The notes below the pieces were generated by a model. It was not told the DNA's origin, ran no database searches, and saw nothing but the letters and a program-made list of their open reading frames with translations. Shown here piece by piece: positions 56,329-64,000 of a stretch of 64,000 bases of DNA; within the stretch, counting starts at the first letter, position 1, and every line of letters starts with the position of its first letter. The DNA is taken from sequence record LC765218.1; one strand, 5' to 3'. A program made the position numbers and the translations under genes. This DNA is from Pseudomonas phage BRkr.

Positions 56329-56337
56329 GGAGTTATC

Positions 56338-56964
56338 ATGTCTCAACCAACCCTGCGTAATGAAGAAGTAACTTTCAAATCCCCAAGTAAGTCTGACGTT
56401 GTCGCACTGTATCTGGATGGAATGATGCGCAATGTTGGTTCCCGCTGGAAGTATGAGCAAGATGGGAATGTATTCCGTTTCTTGATTAATGGTGAGTATG
56501 CCAGTGACTGCATTGAAGTTTACGATAGTTCGACTATCGAAATTCCCATGTCCGCTGTTGATCTAACTCCCACGGAAATTCATCGCCTTTGGTTAGGCTC
56601 TGGTAGCATGTCTACCTTTGCATTGTCTAAAGCGATGGCTGTTATCACGGATATCGAGATCACCGCAAATAGTCTTCACCAGAAGACTGCTGTTCGAGCT
56701 CGATTCAGTTATGATGAACTCTCTGAAACTCATTACATCCAATGCCAGAACGTTCTGTTCGTTGTAAAGGCATATGTGGATGAGACATACATGATTCCGA
56801 ACGAGGCTGTGTTTGCTTACATGTCAAATGTAGCTGAACGTGAGATGGACGAGACTGATATCATCCGTCTGAAGCTGGATAAAGGTCTTCTTGTCATTGA
56901 ACTTAATGGGGTTGATTTCAAAACCATGCTCTGGCCAGAAGCATTCGTTAAAGTGTTTGGATAG
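56338..56964 (+). CDS. Hypothetical protein, 208 aa.
   Basis: AAGGAGTTATC-ATG ribosome-binding site. Confidence 0.55.
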   Translation: MSQPTLRNEEVTFKSPSKSDVVALYLDGMMRNVGSRWKYEQDGNVFRFLINGEYASDCIEVYDSSTIEIPMSAVDLTPTEIHRLWLGSGSMSTFALSKAMAVITDIEITANSLHQKTAVRARFSYDELSETHYIQCQNVLFVVKAYVDETYMIPNEAVFAYMSNVAEREMDETDIIRLKLDKGLLVIELNGVDFKTMLWPEAFVKVFG

Positions 56965-56967
56965 TTC

Positions 56968-57354
56968 ATGTTAGAGATTGGTGAAATTCGACATGAAGTA
57001 ATTGGTGAGTTCATAAAGGTCGAGAGGACACATGTTGTCCTCCCTGACTATCTTGAATCTCTTCTCGATTACGAGGGTAATATACGAACGTTGTTAACCA
57101 GTAAAGCTTTCGCTTGCACTAGGAAAGCCTATGGTATTTGGTTTGATGGTGATTTGCGTGGTTATGCTATTCTCTATACACCGGAGATGCATTTGGACTG
57201 TCTGTATATAGCAGAGTCAGCCCAAGGTATGGGGTATGGTGAACAGCTAGTACGATACATTCAAGCCAAGAAAGTTTTTGTACACAAAAAGAATGAAGCA
57301 GCTATAGCGCTTTATAAGAAAATTGGTTTAGTCATTGAGTTTGATGACGAATAA
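56968..57354 (+). CDS. GNAT-family N-acetyltransferase, 128 aa.
   Basis: Motif A region …LYIAESAQGMGYGEQLVRYIQ…, as in GCN5-related acetyltransferases. Confidence 0.7.
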   Translation: MLEIGEIRHEVIGEFIKVERTHVVLPDYLESLLDYEGNIRTLLTSKAFACTRKAYGIWFDGDLRGYAILYTPEMHLDCLYIAESAQGMGYGEQLVRYIQAKKVFVHKKNEAAIALYKKIGLVIEFDDE

Positions 57355-57462
57355 ATACTGAGATCCAGTATTTAATACAGGTTAGATTTCCCTGTTGTCT
57401 ATTTTGCATGAACGTTGCAAACGTTTTTTTGCATTCCGCAAAGACAACATAAAGGTGAAATC

Positions 57463-57810
57463 ATGTACTTCGGTATTTTTGAAAATGAGCAAGATGTAAT
57501 TTCTGAGTTCGGTCTGACTAATGGTGAACTTGATAATGCTACCATTCTTTTTGCGTGGTATGAATACGAGGATTACTCGGGTAGTGCTTTCGTGCTCTTT
57601 GAGCGCGATGGTAAATACTACGAGGTCCACGGTTCACATTGCAGCTGCTATGGGCTCAGTCCGGGCAGTGGTGGTGATAATCAATGGGATCCCGAAGAAT
57701 GTTCCGTAGAGTCCCTGAAAAAGACTACTCAGAATAGCTACTACCTCCATGGGGTTCGCCCCGCTTGGGAGAAGTTTCTTGCTTCCCTGGATGAACAGGT
57801 GAAATCTTAA
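57463..57810 (+). CDS. Hypothetical protein, 115 aa. Start reset to MYFGIFENEQ.
   Basis: AAAGGTGAAATC-ATG ribosome-binding site. Same frame as the track ORF. Confidence 0.45.
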   Translation: MYFGIFENEQDVISEFGLTNGELDNATILFAWYEYEDYSGSAFVLFERDGKYYEVHGSHCSCYGLSPGSGGDNQWDPEECSVESLKKTTQNSYYLHGVRPAWEKFLASLDEQVKS

Positions 57811-57820
57811 CCTGGCATTG

Positions 57821-57860
57821 GCCTCTCCTTCGGGAGAGGCTATATGTCGCCTTTTTCTTT
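57821..57860 (+). terminator. Hairpin GCCTCTCC-TTCG-GGAGAGGC followed by TATATGTCGCCTTTTTC.
   Basis: UUCG loop after gene 57463..57810. Confidence 0.55.
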
Positions 57861-57897
57861 TATCATGTGAACGCCAAATATAATTGAAGAGGTGCGT

Positions 57898-58659
57898 ATG
57901 AGTTGTTGTGCTCAGAGAGAAATCCCGGATACATCGATTGACCTGGATGGACTAGGTAGCGATTGTGATGTTTGGGCCCATCTCAAAGACATGTTTGATT
58001 ATCTCAAAGAAGAACGAGCTGGTGCCATTCCATGTGATATGACCCGGTATAGCGTTCAACATTCTTTGGTTGATGCCATGACGTACTTATTCGTTATCAC
58101 CGATCATCTGACTGGTGAAACGATTGAATACACCGTTGTAAAAGAATTTACAAAAGAAGGCCCGCAGGAAGCGTTTGAACGTGATTATCGTGAAAGAGAG
58201 CTACGGTATAACCGTGGTATCGTTCGCGCACTAGAGGATCATTTAGAGGCCCTACAAGAAGCACATCCAGATGATGGATATAAGCTTCGGAGGACCAAAG
58301 ATGGTTATCGTATTTTCCGACCAATCCAAAAAGATTTGGGTGTTGTTGTATTCAAGGTAGATTATGAAGTTGAAGATGGTCCTGTGATCATGCCTAGAAT
58401 TGCATCAGCAACAGAATTTCCGGATGTCCCCGGTGAGCTTGGTAGATCTATTGAACTACTGATTAAACGTTTTAGTAAACTCGGGGTCGTGTTCGAGGAA
58501 GAAGTGAAAGACGAACACGTAAATGATTACCGTGAAGTATCGTTAACTGGACGCGCATTCCGATCTCCATGGAACCATATGAAGATTACGATCAGTTATC
58601 AAGAGATCGCGTTGGATGATGACAAACTTCGCCGTTATCACGAATATTACACAATCTAA
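57898..58659 (+). CDS. Hypothetical protein, 253 aa.
   Basis: GAAGAGGTGCGT-ATG ribosome-binding site. The track used a GTG 6 nt upstream. Confidence 0.55.
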   Translation: MSCCAQREIPDTSIDLDGLGSDCDVWAHLKDMFDYLKEERAGAIPCDMTRYSVQHSLVDAMTYLFVITDHLTGETIEYTVVKEFTKEGPQEAFERDYRERELRYNRGIVRALEDHLEALQEAHPDDGYKLRRTKDGYRIFRPIQKDLGVVVFKVDYEVEDGPVIMPRIASATEFPDVPGELGRSIELLIKRFSKLGVVFEEEVKDEHVNDYREVSLTGRAFRSPWNHMKITISYQEIALDDDKLRRYHEYYTI

Positions 58660-58668
58660 GGATTTAAC

Positions 58669-58974
58669 ATGGCAACACAATTTGAAGTTACCTTGGAAGA
58701 AATAAAAGCCGAACTAGGTACCCCTCTAGAAATCGTTCCAATGGTCCTACATAAGCTTTTTCAACTTCCCTATGACTTACCCTATCCAAGTAAGATTCTC
58801 TTCGAAGAACAACGTCTGGAGAGCAATAAACCACGTCTACTGATCCGTAATAAAGATAGTATCGTAATCGGTATCGCTTTAGAACCTACAGTTGACAAAG
58901 CCTCTATCTTAACTTACATTAAGAAGGCTGCTCCCACAATAATGGATCTTCGTCCATGGGTTGAACGCGAGTAA
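58669..58974 (+). CDS. Hypothetical protein, 101 aa.
   Basis: AAGGATTTAAC-ATG ribosome-binding site. Terminator hairpin follows. Confidence 0.5.
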   Translation: MATQFEVTLEEIKAELGTPLEIVPMVLHKLFQLPYDLPYPSKILFEEQRLESNKPRLLIRNKDSIVIGIALEPTVDKASILTYIKKAAPTIMDLRPWVERE

Positions 58975-58981
58975 TATAAAC

Positions 58982-59019
58982 GCCTCCCTTCGGGGAGGCT
59001 TTATGTTGTATTTGTTTTT
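58982..59019 (+). terminator. Hairpin GCCTCCC-TTCG-GGGAGGC followed by TTTATGTTGTATTTGTTTTT.
   Basis: UUCG loop plus a T-rich tail after gene 58669..58974. Confidence 0.55.
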
Positions 59020-59022
59020 AAA

Positions 59023-59032
59023 TCTATATTAC
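59023..59032 (+). promoter_or_regulatory. TCTATATTAC promoter-like motif 35 nt upstream of gene 59067.
   Basis: Exact 10-mer repeat preceded by AAA. Confidence 0.4.
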
Positions 59033-59066
59033 TAAAATGATATTCAATCACTAAATAGGAGTTACG

Positions 59067-59852
59067 ATGAGCAATATTGATTTTAGTTTTAACGCAAAAG
59101 AATTAGGGCTCACCAAAAACCATCTAGACACCATCTGGTTCGATATTACAGGTAATGGCGCCTTGGATGCGTACAACATCCGTGTACAGGTGGAAAGCCA
59201 CAGTGGTTGGAGTAAACCAACTGTCACGTTCGAAGGACGAGATCGTTCTTACTTGAACGTACGTGGATTGAATTCTTCTTTCAATGAGGAATCGTACGTT
59301 GCCCATGTTAAGTCTTTGTTGCGTGACGTTTACATTGAAAAATGTGGGTGGATCGAACAACGTATTCAACGTGCGTATCGTGATGTAGTAGATGAGTTCT
59401 CTGACCGTGGCTTCTTGTCTAATACTACTGGTGTGTACCAGGTGATTACAGACGCCTCTGATAAACCGGTTAATTTCCAGATCATGGGTTTGGTATCGTC
59501 CTATGTATTTGGTGATCTCGATGAAGAGACTGATTCTATTCGTAAACTGGAAAACAATAATGTCTTACATTATCCGCAATGGGTTCGTCCAGAGGTTCTG
59601 CGTTTTGCGGAGGTAGCTAAACGACGGCTTGAATGGTTGACTGGTAGCAAGGGTGTCAAATCGTTCGTACACGTAATGAAAAACGATGCGAATGAATACA
59701 CCCGTTCTGTTGTTATCGCAGTTGATGATGTCGAAAGTATCTATCATGGAGTTGCAGTTGGATTCATGATGCATCCTATCCGTTACTTTGATATGGATAG
59801 GCTGGCTTGGGATCCTAAGTTTGTCTCCATGATCAAGCTTAGTAATCGTTAA
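59067..59852 (+). CDS. Hypothetical protein, 261 aa.
   Basis: TAGGAGTTACG-ATG ribosome-binding site. A TCTATATTAC motif 35 nt upstream. Confidence 0.6.
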   Translation: MSNIDFSFNAKELGLTKNHLDTIWFDITGNGALDAYNIRVQVESHSGWSKPTVTFEGRDRSYLNVRGLNSSFNEESYVAHVKSLLRDVYIEKCGWIEQRIQRAYRDVVDEFSDRGFLSNTTGVYQVITDASDKPVNFQIMGLVSSYVFGDLDEETDSIRKLENNNVLHYPQWVRPEVLRFAEVAKRRLEWLTGSKGVKSFVHVMKNDANEYTRSVVIAVDDVESIYHGVAVGFMMHPIRYFDMDRLAWDPKFVSMIKLSNR

Positions 59853-59854
59853 GG

Positions 59855-59898
59855 CATAAAGCCCTCTCCTTCGGGAGAGGGTTATTCCACTTTATTTT
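59855..59898 (+). terminator. Hairpin CATAAAGCCCTCTCC-TTCG-GGAGAGGGTTATTCCACTTTA followed by T7.
   Basis: 10-bp stem, UUCG loop, T7 tract after gene 59067..59852. Confidence 0.6.
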
Positions 59899-60171
59899 TT
59901 TCGCGGGGCCGGCCGCGCATAAGTAACTTGTTGTTAAAGAATAGATATCTTTAATAAAGAGTATTTTCCTTATTAAATGCTTTTTCTTTAAAAGAAATTT
60001 TATATAAATAGTAATTATATGTGGGGGGGACCCTTTGGGGGGGTCCCATATATAATTTCCTTATTCTTTAGTACGGGGTAGGGAAACAAAAACGACTATG
60101 TCGCAAAACTTGGAAGAGGGTGTCGTGGGGCTACAAAGCCCCATCCACCCAGTAGTAAAAATTATTTCAAA

Positions 60172-60181
60172 TCTATATTAC
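60172..60181 (+). promoter_or_regulatory. TCTATATTAC promoter-like motif 40 nt upstream of gene 60221.
   Basis: Exact 10-mer repeat preceded by AAA. Confidence 0.4.
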
Positions 60182-60220
60182 TTAGTTGAATATTAACTCG
60201 TAAAACTGGAAAAACCGAAA

Positions 60221-60442
60221 ATGAAAACATTGCTCCCTGATTCTTTGTTCTTGGTTAACAACGACGAAGACGTCCATGAGTTGATCAAACAGATGTACAT
60301 TAAGTTCAAAGTCGACATGGTCTCCCCTAAGACGATTCTCTGTTCTTATCCGTCAGTGATAATGGCAACGGTTAGTAAAGAGTATCAATCTCCAACGACC
60401 CTGATTATTCGTGTGGTACCCATTTCTGAAATTCTAACCTGA
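60221..60442 (+). CDS. Hypothetical protein, 73 aa.
   Basis: A TCTATATTAC motif 40 nt upstream. Short ORF. Confidence 0.4.
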   Translation: MKTLLPDSLFLVNNDEDVHELIKQMYIKFKVDMVSPKTILCSYPSVIMATVSKEYQSPTTLIIRVVPISEILT

Positions 60443-60452
60443 GGAAGTACAA

Positions 60453-60581
60453 ATGAGCGCTATCAATTACAACCGCCTGATGCAACATGCTATCGACAAC
60501 GGTGGCAAATTGGAACTGGTTATCCATGCAAGTGGTAACGGGTTTACTTTCTTGGTCCTTCCTAAAGAGGAATCGAAATGA
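60453..60581 (+). CDS. Small hypothetical protein, 42 aa (MSAINYNRLMQHAIDNGGKLELVIHASGNGFTFLVLPKEESK).
   Basis: Below the ORF-track threshold. GAGGAAGTACAA-ATG ribosome-binding site. Its stop overlaps the next start (ATGA). Confidence 0.35.
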   Translation: MSAINYNRLMQHAIDNGGKLELVIHASGNGFTFLVLPKEESK

Positions 60582-61342
60582 AATCTATTGGCGAAGCACT
60601 TCCAGCCATCAAAGATATCTTCAAGAACTTCCTGGTTATTGAAAACGTAGATGAAATCACCTTTGGTGCAGTTAACCCAGTTACCAACGATATCTTTCTG
60701 AAAGTATCGGAATGGAACGTAACACAGGAAGACTTCGAACTGACTTACAAACCTAGTGAGACAAATATTGAAATCACTAAACAGAATCTAGGTTCGTTCT
60801 TCAGTGTAATTGGTCAACGTAATACAGTTCATCAATTGGGAGAACATTATCAGAAGCTTATTGAACTGATGATTGCTGAAGGATATAAATTCTTCGATGT
60901 CCAAAGTTCTTGGAGCTTCGATACCGGTGTTCATTCGGTTAGTTATTATAAACCCAGTGAGTGGATCAAACAGGAAATCGGTCGTATTACTTTCTACAGT
61001 AATGATCGAGTATATCAGCTTCTAGTTCCTGAGAATACGTCATCTGCGATTAAACATGTCGAAGTTGATGAATACTGTCGTCCAAAGACAATCACGTTCT
61101 TGGATCTGAATACACTGAAGGTTAGTGAACGACACGAGTTTGACTTCGAGTCAATTCCGAAGATTTATCGGATAACGCCGACAATCAGGAATTTTGCTAA
61201 TCTGGATAGTGTATCCATTGTTAACACCATGGTTCACGATAACTGTACGGTAACCTTGATGGTAGGTTACTATCTTGGAGTCGATGTTCAGGTTAAAGTC
61301 TATCTCAATTCGTTCAAAGACCAAGAGCTAGTTCTTAGCTAA
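60578..61342 (+). CDS. Hypothetical protein, 254 aa.
   Basis: AAGAGGAATCGAA-ATG ribosome-binding site. Confidence 0.55.
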   Translation: MKSIGEALPAIKDIFKNFLVIENVDEITFGAVNPVTNDIFLKVSEWNVTQEDFELTYKPSETNIEITKQNLGSFFSVIGQRNTVHQLGEHYQKLIELMIAEGYKFFDVQSSWSFDTGVHSVSYYKPSEWIKQEIGRITFYSNDRVYQLLVPENTSSAIKHVEVDEYCRPKTITFLDLNTLKVSERHEFDFESIPKIYRITPTIRNFANLDSVSIVNTMVHDNCTVTLMVGYYLGVDVQVKVYLNSFKDQELVLS

Positions 61343-61488
61343 CAAATACCGGAGTTACGGTTAATATGTGTGACAATGGAGCGTTTGATAGTATTCATTT
61401 TGGGATGAACAGCAAGACTGTGCTCAATGAACAAGAACGCGACACGCTAGTTACAATTCAAGAAGGTTAATCAAGAGGAAACGTGGAA

Positions 61489-62436
61489 ATGACTAAAGTA
61501 AAAACTCGTGTATACTGCTGTGGTGGTGCTGGTCTGAATATTGGTGTAAACCTTCAATGGCATCCGGATCTGGTATACATTGACACCTGCGATAAGAACG
61601 TAAGTTCTAGTCATGATATCGATCGTGTCTTTTTGACCGAGGGTACTCGTGGGGCAGGTAAGAACCGTGCATTCATCATGCCTAAGGTTCGCCATCAGAT
61701 TGCACCTTTCCTTGAACGATATCCAGCTGGCGATTTCAATATCGTCCTGTTTTCTATGGGCGGTGGTTCTGGTTCTGTTCTTGGTCCGCTGATTGTATCG
61801 GCTCTGGCTAAAGCTGGTGAAACTGTAATTCCGGTCGTTGTCAGTGGTATTGAATCTACTGAGGTTCTGCAAAACGATATCGATACCATGAAGACTCTGG
61901 AAGGTATCGCTGCTGCAACCAACACCCCGATCAACATCTGTCCGATCGAAAACGTGAACGGCGTTCCGTATTCCGAAATCGACAAAGATGCGGTATTTGC
62001 TGTCCATGCTCTGATTTACCTGTCTAATCAGAAACATGAACGTCTCGATGTACTTGATCTGGATCACTGGGCACGCTTCACTAGTAAGCATAGTTACATC
62101 CAACCGCAACTGTGTGAACTGCATATCCATACTTCTCGTCAAGAAGCAGCTTCTGTCCCTGAGATGATTTCTGTCGCATCCCTGTACACAGATGCTTCCA
62201 AAGAAGTAGCTTATGGTAATCCGTTTGTTCGGACTGTGGGTATCGCATCCCCTGACGACGAAGACGCTCTGTCTGAGCAACTGCACTTCGTTATCAACTC
62301 GGTTGGTATCCAAGAGCGGATTAAGTCTCTCCTGGATCAAAAACAGGAACATCATCGTCAGCAAGTTCGTTACACCCAACGTGCTGCGATCGTTGATATC
62401 GATGACAACCGTTCTGATGATGGTTTCGTCCTCTAA
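61489..62436 (+). CDS. phuZ: Phage tubulin/FtsZ-family GTPase, PhuZ-like, 315 aa.
   Basis: Tubulin signature FSMGGGSGSVLGP, the GGGTGSG-type T4 loop. N-terminus MTKVKTRVYCCGGAGLNIG…DTCDKN. Acidic C-terminal tail …DIDDNRSDDGFVL. AAGAGGAAACGTGGAA-ATG ribosome-binding site. Confidence 0.8.
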   Translation: MTKVKTRVYCCGGAGLNIGVNLQWHPDLVYIDTCDKNVSSSHDIDRVFLTEGTRGAGKNRAFIMPKVRHQIAPFLERYPAGDFNIVLFSMGGGSGSVLGPLIVSALAKAGETVIPVVVSGIESTEVLQNDIDTMKTLEGIAAATNTPINICPIENVNGVPYSEIDKDAVFAVHALIYLSNQKHERLDVLDLDHWARFTSKHSYIQPQLCELHIHTSRQEAASVPEMISVASLYTDASKEVAYGNPFVRTVGIASPDDEDALSEQLHFVINSVGIQERIKSLLDQKQEHHRQQVRYTQRAAIVDIDDNRSDDGFVL

Positions 62437-62442
62437 ATAACT

Positions 62443-62469
62443 GGGGAGCTTCGGCTCCCCTTTTATTCC
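62443..62469 (+). terminator. Hairpin GGGGAGC-TTCG-GCTCCCC followed by TTTTATTCC after phuZ.
   Basis: Perfect 7-bp stem, UUCG loop, T-tract. Confidence 0.6.
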
Positions 62470-62484
62470 GTCTGGAGGTTTCAT

Positions 62485-62725
62485 GAGTTGGATCTTAGCT
62501 ACCATTGTCTCTACAGGAGCTATTGGCGAATTACCTGTAGTTAAAGAAGAAGAAGTTTCTGTGTCTTCCATTGAGGTGTGTAGAGCCATCATCGACCAAC
62601 ACAGTTCTTTGTATACCCGGAATAATTGGAATATCAGTTACCACCGTGGCGATAACAGTGAACTCCACGTTATAAACATGAATCGAACGACAAAGATTAT
62701 ATTTGTTTGTAAGGAGAAGAAATGA
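62485..62725 (+). CDS. Hypothetical protein, 80 aa.
   Basis: GGAGGTTTC-ATG ribosome-binding site after a hairpin. Confidence 0.4.
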
Positions 62726-63144
62726 TAAAGCTTACACCGGAACGTCTTATCAAACTGGCCGTTGATTGCACTGAAGTATTGATGCGAACTGTGGCACAGA
62801 ATGACCGTATTACCATTGGTGAACTCGCTATTAACTGCGACGTCTGTAATAACACAATGCGCAGTGCATTGAAAGCTTTGCTCTCTGACTCCGAGACAAG
62901 GGCTGCACTCCAAGTACTGTTTTATTATATCCAAGCAGAGGATACTTTCTACAAACAGGAAGATCTACCGGACGATGAGTTTATTCAAGCTCTGAGTGGA
63001 ACTGACCTTTATCAAAGGGATATAATGGACAGTGCCCGCATTTGGGCTACGTATGCCAGGCGCGATGCTATTGAAATGCATGAACATCGTAAAGCCGTAG
63101 GTGAACGAGCTATAGAACGTTATCAAGGTTATATGAAGCCTTAA
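62722..63144 (+). CDS. Hypothetical protein, 140 aa.
   Basis: Start overlaps the upstream stop. AAGGAGAAGAA-ATG ribosome-binding site. Confidence 0.5.
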   Translation: MIKLTPERLIKLAVDCTEVLMRTVAQNDRITIGELAINCDVCNNTMRSALKALLSDSETRAALQVLFYYIQAEDTFYKQEDLPDDEFIQALSGTDLYQRDIMDSARIWATYARRDAIEMHEHRKAVGERAIERYQGYMKP

Positions 63145-63220
63145 TAACCGTCCAATCTTTTGTATCAATTAACAACAGTAAGGAATCAATAATGAAACCT
63201 GATTAAACCTCTAAGGAGGA

Positions 63221-63718
63221 ATGATGGCTAAGACAGCAGCGAAAAAGCTCGATGAGCTAATGGCAGCTGAGCTTAACCTCGAACTCTCCAATTACACAGC
63301 GATGTTACACCATGCCGTCACCTTAGTCGGCGTTCTTGAAGGCTTTGTGTTTGTATATGACAAGAATGGAGTCACATGTTACGACAAAGTTGATGCGTGG
63401 TCTGAAGTCAATGGAATGCGTTTGAGGATAGCTCGGTTCCAGTCTAATCCAATGGTCGAGGATAGGCTTGCTAAAAGGATTTACAAACGTTGGTATGTTC
63501 ATGGGGGTGGAATGTTAATTCCATTGAACATTACTAAAGTAGATGACCTAAAAGAAAATTTCTATTTCAAGATTGATGACAACCCCGGTCATTGTACATT
63601 CACCATTTTTACAGAGGATGCTCCGTTTATACGTAGTAAGCCATTGTTATTTAACAGAAAGAGTCATCCCGGATGGGGTGTAACATTAACCGAAACATGT
63701 AAAGAAAAAGTGGCATAA
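63221..63718 (+). CDS. Hypothetical protein, 165 aa.
   Basis: TAAGGAGGA-ATG ribosome-binding site. Hairpin follows. Confidence 0.5.
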   Translation: MMAKTAAKKLDELMAAELNLELSNYTAMLHHAVTLVGVLEGFVFVYDKNGVTCYDKVDAWSEVNGMRLRIARFQSNPMVEDRLAKRIYKRWYVHGGGMLIPLNITKVDDLKENFYFKIDDNPGHCTFTIFTEDAPFIRSKPLLFNRKSHPGWGVTLTETCKEKVA

Positions 63719-63747
63719 ATGCTCTCCCTTAGATGGGAGAGCTTATG
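63714..63747 (+). terminator. Family hairpin CATAAATGCTCTCCC-TTAGAT-GGGAGAGCTTATG.
   Basis: 9-bp stem with CATAAA/CTTATG flanks. Confidence 0.5.
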
Positions 63748-63763
63748 TCCATGGGAGATAGAA

Positions 63764-64000
63764 ATGTTTAACGATATAGCTACCCTGATCCAGATCTGGA
63801 GACTTCTCGGCCGTCAGCGTTCTGCATGTATCGACCCTAATACCAAACGGCATGTTCAATTGTGGTATGCGCCAAATAAAAATTCTATCCTGATGCAAGG
63901 GACGGATCCAAATAAGCGGTTGTGTCCCGATGTTATATTTGAACTTGATCCTCTCTCGAAACGGCTTGATCGTATCAACTGTCTTTGGGCTGAAGATCAG
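63764..64000 (+). CDS. Hypothetical protein, 3' partial. Reading frame runs off the window end.
   Basis: GGGAGATAGAA-ATG ribosome-binding site. No stop codon through base 64000. Confidence 0.4.
   Translation, partial: MFNDIATLIQIWRLLGRQRSACIDPNTKRHVQLWYAPNKNSILMQGTDPNKRLCPDVIFELDPLSKRLDRINCLWAEDQ

Overview
This 64-kb window reads as part of a large virulent tailed-phage genome, most likely a phiKZ-like nucleus-forming jumbo phage. The lineage call rests on a 315-aa tubulin/FtsZ-family PhuZ-like protein (61489-62436), a 697-aa plus 291-aa sheath/tube-like structural pair, a large terminase, and a repeated TCTATATTAC promoter-like motif. The window divides into four blocks. Bases 1-17930 carry about 33 tightly packed small plus-strand genes of unknown function, including a BCS1-like AAA+ ATPase. 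Bases 17979-33800 form a minus-strand accessory island holding eight tRNA genes, two paralogous HNH homing endonucleases, and four Kelch-type beta-propeller paralogs that share a conserved N-terminal module. Bases 33841-40980 form a nucleotide-metabolism block: nrdA, nrdB, a Gly-zipper secreted protein, dihydrofolate reductase, and an antisense frameshifted fifth Kelch gene sitting between nrdB and nrdA. Bases 41024-63718 form a structural and early block with terminase, large virion proteins, sheath and tube, a GNAT acetyltransferase and PhuZ. The noncoding landscape is dominated by about 30 copies of one hairpin family, usually with a UUCG tetraloop on the transcribed strand and CATAAAG/CTTTATG flanks. 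The most unusual features are the Kelch-plus-tRNA modular array, a tRNA gene split around an HNH gene with a second tRNA nested inside, a Ser-type long-arm tRNA carrying an Asn GTT anticodon, a roughly 400-nt structured noncoding locus, and an AT-rich spacer with three GC hairpins. I saw no CRISPR array, rRNA or integrase. All coordinates were read by hand from the sequence and may be off by 1-2 nt.
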